A stretch of DNA of 28,454 nucleotides from a virus (Duplodnaviria; Caudoviricetes). The notes under the pieces are model-generated. The model was not told where the DNA came from, ran no database searches, and saw only the letters and a list, made by a program, of their open reading frames with translations. A program made the translations under genes and the position numbers. The DNA lies in the IMG/VR virus record IMGVR_UViG_3300032225_000423, positions 1 through 28,454 of that record, one strand, 5' to 3'. This document shows positions 24,452 through 28,454 of the stretch, one piece after another (position 1 is the first letter of the stretch; every line of letters begins with the position of its first letter).

Positions 24452-24857
24452 ATCGATTCTCCAAATATTTGCATCGTTCCTTTGGCATGGTGAAAATCAT
24501 CATGTCACCATTTGCCATTGCGTCTTTGATCCGCGCTTCCTCTTGGAAACCCATTTTTTCAACAAATCTGATGCTTGTGATGTTTGCGCTGCTGACCGGC
24601 ACAATGATTTTGCCGACCTTGCAAACATTAAACGGGTAGTCAAAAATGGCTGATAAGTAGGCCGGAGTCATTCTGCCGGTCACCGCAATGTGGCAAGTGA
24701 TTGACTTGCCATGCCAGTTTTCGTAGATGACACCGGCGACAAATTCGCCGTCTTTCTTCAACCCGATAGACCGGCTGCGCTCTTGAAAATAGCCACCATC
24801 GACCTTTGATGCAGTCCAATGCCCTGCTGCATGGTCGGAGGTAATCTCAAAGGACAC
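24414..24857 (-). CDS. GNAT-fold acetyltransferase-like virion-module protein
   Basis: AGVIYEN, IFDYPF and N..SIRFVEKMGF.EE motifs; usual position after the tail tubular protein. The GTG start is approximate. Confidence 0.75.
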   Translation of the reverse strand: MSFEITSDHAAGHWTASKVDGGYFQERSRSIGLKKDGEFVAGVIYENWHGKSITCHIAVTGRMTPAYLSAIFDYPFNVCKVGKIIVPVSSANITSIRFVEKMGFQEEARIKDAMANGDMMIFTMPKERCKYLENRYGKKRTTATGNA

Positions 24858-26394
24858 CACCAGCCTCAAACACCAAGTCGGTTGCGACCCATTGCAATTG
24901 TATCCCTTGCGTTGCCGTGTTCAACGTGGGAGCAAAAGAATATCCTATGCCGGTTGTGCCCTGCCAATCGGCTGTTGGCGCAAGACCGCCGCCCCAATAA
25001 GCAGCATCCCATAGGCCGCTGTCCCAAACGCCATATTGCGGTGGAGAAAAACTTAGTTGGGCGCTTTGGTCATCAAGGTTGTAATCGACGTTTACATTGC
25101 CAAAAATTGATGGTGTGCCATTGCTTAACAAGTGATAGCGGATCATCTTGCATTGCTTTTGAGTCGCAGTTCCATAGGTTTGGAAACTCTGCAAAGCAAA
25201 ACCGTTGATGTTGGATGTGTGATCAACCGTGCCATTCCAAGCCAGCGCGACATACCCATTGCCGCCAAAATAAGGATCATCTTTCCAAATTTCCCAACAA
25301 TTGGCGCTCCAGCCCGTAAAGTTACACCAGCTTTTGGTGATGGTGTTCATCACATATTGCTGCTCTTGCCCCGATGAAATCGGGACATTCATAATTAGTT
25401 GGTTTTCCTTGGGGTAGTACAGCAAACTCCACCCAAAATTTGCGCCATAGCTTGATATGGCAACACTCATGGCGTATTGGATTTTGTTGGTGATAGACAC
25501 CCGAGGATCAAGCCGCGACGATTGCAACGAACCGGACATTGGAACCACGCCATCTTGGGTGATGATCAACAAATCGCCGCCGTACTTAATCCAGCAGCGC
25601 CGACCAATTGGTGCGCCAACTTTCCAAAGACCGGTCATAGAAATGCCGCTTGGCGTTGTTGGATCGGTCAACCGCCAAACCATTACTTCACCATTGCTGG
25701 TGATAAAAACAAGGTAATCGTCCATGCCATAACCGGCATCTAGCGTCCAAGTCATGCCTGCCATGATGTAGCCGCCAAACTGGAAAAGGCTGGTCATGTC
25801 TAATGCAACCGCCGCGCCTCCAATGCTGTTGACAGGCAAATACCACGCCTTCAAGGAATTGTTTTCCACCAACCACACGCGATTCTTGAACAGCGTGATG
25901 TTGGAGCAATTGGCGGTATCCACGCCGGTGATGTTGTAAGGCGACCCATCCCCATCTTTATGCCATGCCGAACCATCATATGTCCGCAGCTTGTCAGCGC
26001 CGTTGACAGCCATCAAATACGAACCGCCTGAGGTTGTGATGTTGACGTATTGAAATTTGGCGTTGGTCAAGCCGGTGACATCCGCAGCACCCACCGCGCC
26101 GCCTGCTGTGACGTTGTAAATTGAATCAACAGCCGCCGCAAATAGCTTGTTTGCCGTGCCGGAACTGTACGCAAACAAAGACTGAACCACGCCGGTAATG
26201 CCGGTGGCGTATTTTGTATAGCCATTCCGCAAGATGACTGAGTTTGTGCCAGGCCAAAAGTTTGTCAGCGTGACCGCATCCATTGGCTCCATTGCGCCCA
26301 ATGCATCACGGGCATTCCATCCACCAATAGGCGCGGCTACAGATACCGTTTGGCTGCGCTGATTGGGTGGCGTTCTGCCAAATGATGCAAGCAT
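24847..26394 (-). CDS. Tail tubular / packaged-DNA stabilisation protein (P22 gp10-like)
   Basis: 515 aa, beta-rich; APIGGWNARD and FKNRVW; located after the adaptor. Confidence 0.75.
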   Translation of the reverse strand: MLASFGRTPPNQRSQTVSVAAPIGGWNARDALGAMEPMDAVTLTNFWPGTNSVILRNGYTKYATGITGVVQSLFAYSSGTANKLFAAAVDSIYNVTAGGAVGAADVTGLTNAKFQYVNITTSGGSYLMAVNGADKLRTYDGSAWHKDGDGSPYNITGVDTANCSNITLFKNRVWLVENNSLKAWYLPVNSIGGAAVALDMTSLFQFGGYIMAGMTWTLDAGYGMDDYLVFITSNGEVMVWRLTDPTTPSGISMTGLWKVGAPIGRRCWIKYGGDLLIITQDGVVPMSGSLQSSRLDPRVSITNKIQYAMSVAISSYGANFGWSLLYYPKENQLIMNVPISSGQEQQYVMNTITKSWCNFTGWSANCWEIWKDDPYFGGNGYVALAWNGTVDHTSNINGFALQSFQTYGTATQKQCKMIRYHLLSNGTPSIFGNVNVDYNLDDQSAQLSFSPPQYGVWDSGLWDAAYWGGGLAPTADWQGTTGIGYSFAPTLNTATQGIQLQWVATDLVFEAGGVL

Positions 26395-26681
26395 TATTTT
26401 TTGTTTCGTTGTGAAATAGCTTTTGATTTAGCCCTGGCATCTTCTTTTGAACTGGCTCCCCATGCCTTCAATGAAAGCGCCAAACGGGTCGGCTCACCGT
26501 TTTTTTCCATTGGGCCAGGCATATTGCCCATCCGCGCTAAAAAGCTGGCACGGCGCGGGTTATCGCCTGATTTGACCGGCGGCTTTAAGTTCATGCCTTC
26601 TGCCTTTGCCGAGGCTCTGCCCTTGGCGTTCAAGCCGCCATCAGGATTCTTGCCTTCTTTGCGTTGCCAGGCCGCAGTCAT
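26394..26681 (-). CDS. Small basic protein (DUF6321-like)
   Basis: AWQRKEGKNP.GGLNAKGRAS...RRASFLARM...SLKAWG. Confidence 0.75.
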   Translation of the reverse strand: MTAAWQRKEGKNPDGGLNAKGRASAKAEGMNLKPPVKSGDNPRRASFLARMGNMPGPMEKNGEPTRLALSLKAWGASSKEDARAKSKAISQRNKK

Positions 26682-26836
26682 TTCTTTTTCTCAGGCTTTG
26701 CGGTCTTTGCAGCTTCTTTAAATGCCTTGGCGGTAGGTGCGCCCTCTGTGCCAGGCTTACGCATCTTCTCGCCTGATCCTGCGGCTATCCTAGCCTTCTT
26801 TGCTTGGATGTTGGCATAAAGTCCATCTAATTTCAT
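26678..26836 (-). CDS. Small Lys-rich basic protein
   Basis: ATG at 26836 with AGGAG RBS; GLYANI.AK..RI.AGSGEKMRKPG..GAPT...FK..AKTAK. Confidence 0.75.
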   Translation of the reverse strand: MKLDGLYANIQAKKARIAAGSGEKMRKPGTEGAPTAKAFKEAAKTAKPEKKK

Positions 26837-26844
26837 ATGATCTC

Positions 26845-27762
26845 CTATTGTGCGGGCCAATTCCCGTCTTGAACACTCCAAGGGCCGACCAGCGGATTCA
26901 TGCCAATCGGTGCAAGAGATTGCGCTGGTACAGGCACATCTTGCGCCTTGGTGTAACTCAGCGCCCGCATGAATTCCCCCAATTCCACAGAGGAATCCAA
27001 CTTTTTGGCTTTGAGAAAATAAAACTTTAGACCCGCCAGCATAAGGTCATCAGGGAAAATTGTTGTGTCGGAATCGACGGTAAACGCGCCCTTGTCGCCT
27101 GCCGTTGCCCCGCTACTCATCACCCAATAATTGCTAACATACTCAAACGCAAAGGTGTAGATGCTTGTCAGAGCTTGGAAAATCCGCAGGCGGTTGTTGT
27201 ATATACGATAGCGTTCCCTTGGGCCAACCGAAATGATGCCGCCTTGCAACCATTGCCATTCTTGGCTGGTTTTCGTTCCGAGGTTGCGCCAATGGTTTGT
27301 GCGATCCCAATTTGTGTCCGAGATCATGCGGTCAAAGTCGGTCGGCATCGCATAGTCTTGCTTGGCAAATGTCATGGAAACCGCAGCCGTTGAAGTTGCA
27401 ACCGGCGTGTTTAATGTGACTTGAGTTCCCGAATCAATACTCAAAATCTCGGCGTATGGAGCCTGGCCTGTGCCGGTGACCACATTGCCCACTTCCAAGC
27501 CTGTAGTCGTTCCCATGCTGGTGATGACTTTCGAACCTGCCGTAATCGTGCCGGTGGTGCTGATTCCTGCGGTTGTTTGCAGGACATAAGCCTTAACCAA
27601 CCGTTGCCATTCGTATTCACGCACCAAATCCTTGCCCAACCGCTGCGCCAAGGCCAGCAGTTGGACGGTTTGATTGTTGGTGGAGCCAATTACTGCCGCT
27701 GGCTGGGACAAGCCCAATTCGCCCGAAACTTGGTCAACCAGTTGCAGTAAGTTGTATGCCAT
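26845..27762 (-). CDS. Head-tail adaptor (P22 gp4 / tail tubular A-like)
   Basis: Helical N-terminus (LLQLVDQVSGELGL), Y.MPTDFDR and a helical C-terminus, with a central Thr-rich beta segment. Confidence 0.7.
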   Translation of the reverse strand: MAYNLLQLVDQVSGELGLSQPAAVIGSTNNQTVQLLALAQRLGKDLVREYEWQRLVKAYVLQTTAGISTTGTITAGSKVITSMGTTTGLEVGNVVTGTGQAPYAEILSIDSGTQVTLNTPVATSTAAVSMTFAKQDYAMPTDFDRMISDTNWDRTNHWRNLGTKTSQEWQWLQGGIISVGPRERYRIYNNRLRIFQALTSIYTFAFEYVSNYWVMSSGATAGDKGAFTVDSDTTIFPDDLMLAGLKFYFLKAKKLDSSVELGEFMRALSYTKAQDVPVPAQSLAPIGMNPLVGPWSVQDGNWPAQ

Positions 27763-28353
27763 TTAGTCCACCACTTCTTCTTTGCGAGGTCTGCCAGCCT
27801 TCTTGGTTTTCAATTCCGCAATCATCGCACGAAGTTCAGCCATTTCAGCCTCTTGAGCCTTCAATTTTTCATCAGTCTCAGCGCGGATTTTGTCCATCAG
27901 TTGACTATCCTGCGCCGCACCAATGAATGCGCGGGCTTTGGCTCGGAGGTCATTGAACCCCATGATTTTATCGCCTGCCGAATCAGGCAGAGTGGCAAAT
28001 TGGTCAATCGTAAAGATGTTGAGCGCCCTAAATTCAGCTTTTTGCGTGTCGCTGATTGCTGCCCATGCCTCAATAGGAGTGCCATCGGCTTTTTGCTCTT
28101 TCTTTTGCTGAAACCGCGCCCATTCAATTGGAAATTCTTCCATGTCGGTTTCTCGCATTGGGCGGTCAACTTGCAAGGTGTTATCGCCTGGAACCAGCTT
28201 TTTAAGGTAAATGCGTTCCTCAAAAATAGGGCGCTTTTCCAAGTCCGATTTGTAATTGTTTTTGATCTGCACAGCATGGAAAAACACCGCCATCTTGCCT
28301 CGGTTGTCTTCCATGAAACTTTCGTTTGTCCATCCAGCCGTTTCGTTCTTCAT
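27763..28353 (-). CDS. Conserved hypothetical protein
   Basis: 196 aa; RPIFEE, GTPIEAW, IFTIDQFA.L.D, and a coiled coil ending in GRPRKE. Confidence 0.75.
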   Translation of the reverse strand: MKNETAGWTNESFMEDNRGKMAVFFHAVQIKNNYKSDLEKRPIFEERIYLKKLVPGDNTLQVDRPMRETDMEEFPIEWARFQQKKEQKADGTPIEAWAAISDTQKAEFRALNIFTIDQFATLPDSAGDKIMGFNDLRAKARAFIGAAQDSQLMDKIRAETDEKLKAQEAEMAELRAMIAELKTKKAGRPRKEEVVD

Positions 28354-28454
28354 GCCATTTCCTTTAGTTGAAGTGCCGTTTCTTGCATAAGCCCGTCACC
28401 GAAAAATGCGATCTCCGCATCCTGAGTTGTGATGAATTGTTCCATCTCAATCGC
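28350..28454 (-). CDS. 3' end of a truncated CDS (possibly MptE/Maf-like)
   Basis: Open frame AIEMEQFITTQDAEIAFFGDGLMQETALQLKEMA* ending in an ATGA overlap. The family guess rests only on the GDGL motif. Confidence 0.5.
   Translation of the reverse strand, partial: AIEMEQFITTQDAEIAFFGDGLMQETALQLKEMA

Overview
The window is most of the genome of a tailed dsDNA phage with a podovirus-type virion module: portal, adaptor, P22 gp10-like tail protein, ejection proteins and no tape measure. The layout is lambdoid/P22-like and the window is cut inside the late operon, so the major capsid gene is missing; its RBS (AGGAG) is visible at the left edge. A divergent control region (~12700-12845) drives a rightward early arm of small proteins, ERF and SSB. 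It also drives a leftward arm: cro, a C4-like RNA, a DUF1376 initiator with iterons, a P-like loader, the nin region, a structured leader, and the terminase/head genes. Tail, ejection and lysis genes run leftward from the right end. No cI repressor and no integrase are seen where lambdoid phages carry them. The best leads are: (1) a translationally coupled TGT/DpdA-fold transglycosylase plus VUT/YhhQ transporter pair, with a Cys-rich PP-loop enzyme two genes upstream and no deazaguanine biosynthesis genes, suggesting salvage-only base modification; (2) a complete C4/CI-type antisense RNA with its own target, directly in front of the replication initiator; (3) a structured RNA at the likely late promoter. 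All product calls come from motif recognition by eye; no searches were run.
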